This document shows, piece by piece, positions 61,953 to 64,000 of a stretch of DNA of 64,000 bases; the first letter of the stretch is position 1, and each line of letters opens with the position of its first letter. Origin of the DNA: Kudoa neothunni (Eukaryota; Animalia; Cnidaria); NCBI GenBank assembly GCA_964304625.1, contig OZ199839.1, positions 2,947,223-3,011,222 on the forward strand, in the 5' to 3' direction. The notes under the pieces were generated by a model. It was given only the letters and a program-made list of their open reading frames with translations. It did no database searches and was not told the origin of the DNA. A program made the position numbers and the translations under genes.

Positions 61953-64000
61953 TTAGAAATTTACGCCATTATTATGGGCAAATTTACAGATAATGGAGGT
62001 ATCAGCTTCGGCGGACTTTTTTTTGGTATAAAATTAAAGATACAGTATAGCAAATGGAAGCTAAAAGCTTTGTGACAATAAAAGCGGATCCAATAATATT
62101 GCTAGAAGCAGTGATTAAAGTAGGTAGAATCACAAAAATAATGAATATACTTTAATGCCTTGTTGTCGTATTCGGCACAGTTTCCTTTTTTATCCCGATA
62201 TTTATCTGGTATCCAAAGGATACAACTTTTATCGATGAGATGTCCAAACAACATGGGACCACAAATAATAAATAATCTAAGCAAGGTTTGAAAAAATCCC
62301 ATGCTAAAATCTTTTAGATGATCTTTGACGGCACTAAAAAAATTAGATCATTAAAGATTAAATATTTGGCAGATAAGAGATCACCAACCTTAGAGTATAC
62401 AATAACAACGGGATCGCCAAAGAGACCACTAAACTCAGTGTAATTGCTACCGAGCTCAAATAAATATAGATGTTGTAGCAGGAGTGGTCTACACAGCCCC
62501 CATCAGTCACCGGCAATATTAAGCCGTCAATATTGGAGAGACATTTGCAATTTACAAAATTCTAATGTAAAAACACACATACAACGTAAGAATTTAAGTT
62601 AAGATGTATTACTCCAATAGATTCCGATGAAGTCGATTCGGTGCAACCAAAAACACAAGGATTAAAATATGTGGTCATATTATAACAAATGGGTTCATAA
62701 CGACGATGATCACAGCTGCAAATTTCGTTACAATCTGTGTAGAATATTTGAGAGACACTACCATAAATAGAACCACAATAAACATTAAAAGTATCGAACA
62801 ATTATGAATATAGTTATAGTACATTTTGTCTGAGTTGAGAACGACACCGGACACATGCCTAGATGGGCAACTGACGAACATACCCCCAATCGAAAACAAA
62901 GTTAAATAGGATATGATACACAGCCCAACAATTTTGTGATAGTTGGTACGAACGAATTTGTTGTAGACACTCCCTATGGCGAATCCAACACATGCCGAGG
63001 GAATAACAACAGCCCCAGTGATCAGGCTTGCCTAAAATAATATCAGCCTATTCACCACATACACCATCGTAAACAACCGACATTGATATTAACTCTAAAC
63101 TGAAGCGTGATGATTTTTGTGAGAAAGGAGGTGAACGCGGTCAATGGAACCATATCGAGTGATAGTCCAATGTATATCAACATTATATGGTAGCTTCTAG
63201 AAATGGTGACTAGTTTGGAGAAAAAATTATTTTTGCGTTTTATCGTTAAATTTTTTTGGTTTAAATCCACAGTGTTGGGTATATTTTCACCAGTTCCTGT
63301 GGTGTTGCGACGTTGATTGCTCTTGGAATTAAGCGAGCCGTGGTGGTTGTTGGATTTGGGAGGATTATTATTCATTCCAACAATTATAAGCAGCACAGCA
63401 AAAAACAGAATAACGACACCTCCCATAAAAAATCCTAACCACCATGCACCAATCCAATTTTCACTCTGGGGAGTTATCTCAACATTTTCCGGTTTAGATG
63501 GCCAGTTAACATGTATAGATAGAAACGGTTTGCCGAGAATGAATCCTATTGCTGGACCGATTGCGCCACTAATATAAAATATCGCCAAGTGCATTCCAGC
63601 TTGTCCACTAGTTGTGACCTCATTCAAGTAGGTGATTATAAACGTGTGTAATGGTGATGATCCAATACCTAGAAAACATTTTTCGTATACACATATTAAA
63701 ATTTTGCTCGGCCATACAAATTATTACCCATAATTGAGAATGCCGCGCAAAACATAACCAAACAAAGATCAGCTCGATTATATTCCCAATTAAATAATTT
63801 GGTGTCACTTTGTGGAGTGGTGGATGCAGGTATTGGTATCAATGACGAATCAGCATCATCCCATCTACACAAATGGTACTGCTTCATACCGTAGTCGGAA
63901 GCATCGCCATCGGTATTTCCAGCTGTTTGTTTGTAGGAGCTGATAAAGTGGGGCGTAATAAACAGGAAACAACCAGAAGCCACAATAACTCCACCTATTC
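61953..64000 (-). CDS. Organic anion transporting polypeptide (SLCO/OATP family), 5'-partial
   Basis: GPAIGFILG, WIGAWWLGF, Kazal-like CNEICSCDHRRYEPIC..TYFNPCVFGC, GPMLFGHLIDKSCILW..GNCAEYDN. Confidence 0.93.

Noticed and set aside
1-64000. Prokaryotic features (operons, CRISPR, defence systems) or a non-standard genetic code
   Set aside because: Genes are spliced with GT-AG introns. In-frame stops are explained by introns, TE decay or indels, and TAA, TAG and TGA all terminate genes.

Overview
AT-rich eukaryotic nuclear DNA, almost certainly animal: the ArgRS has the metazoan N-terminal leucine-zipper extension, and MESD, DCLK-like, SLCO and USP genes are present. The fast-evolving proteins and ~35-70 nt GT-AG introns resemble compact parasite genomes such as myxozoans, dicyemids or orthonectids; that taxon is inferred, not shown. 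I reconstructed about 14 spliced genes by hand: an unknown partial gene at the left edge, cytosolic ArgRS, C2CD5, MESD, NOG1/GTPBP4, GET4, a universal stress protein, a CREB-like bZIP, ADAT2, SAP30BP-like, lysosomal acid phosphatase, GOSR2/membrin, a DCLK-like kinase, DHRS1 and a partial SLCO/OATP. They sit in tight head-to-head or tail-to-tail blocks. Between the blocks, and inside single giant introns, lie 1-6 kb tracts of decayed and nested DNA transposons (piggyBac, hAT/Buster, pogo/Tigger, possible Helitron). Main observations: (i) three unrelated genes each carry one TE-filled intron of nearly the same length (3701, 3741, 3762 nt) among otherwise tiny introns; (ii) single-base homopolymer frameshifts break otherwise intact ADAT2, CREB-like and ACP2 genes (assembly error is most likely); (iii) an NRF1-type GCGCATGC motif recurs near gene starts; (iv) at least six piggyBac remnants share a subterminal palindrome with symmetric substitutions. 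No tRNA, rRNA or CRISPR was recognised.
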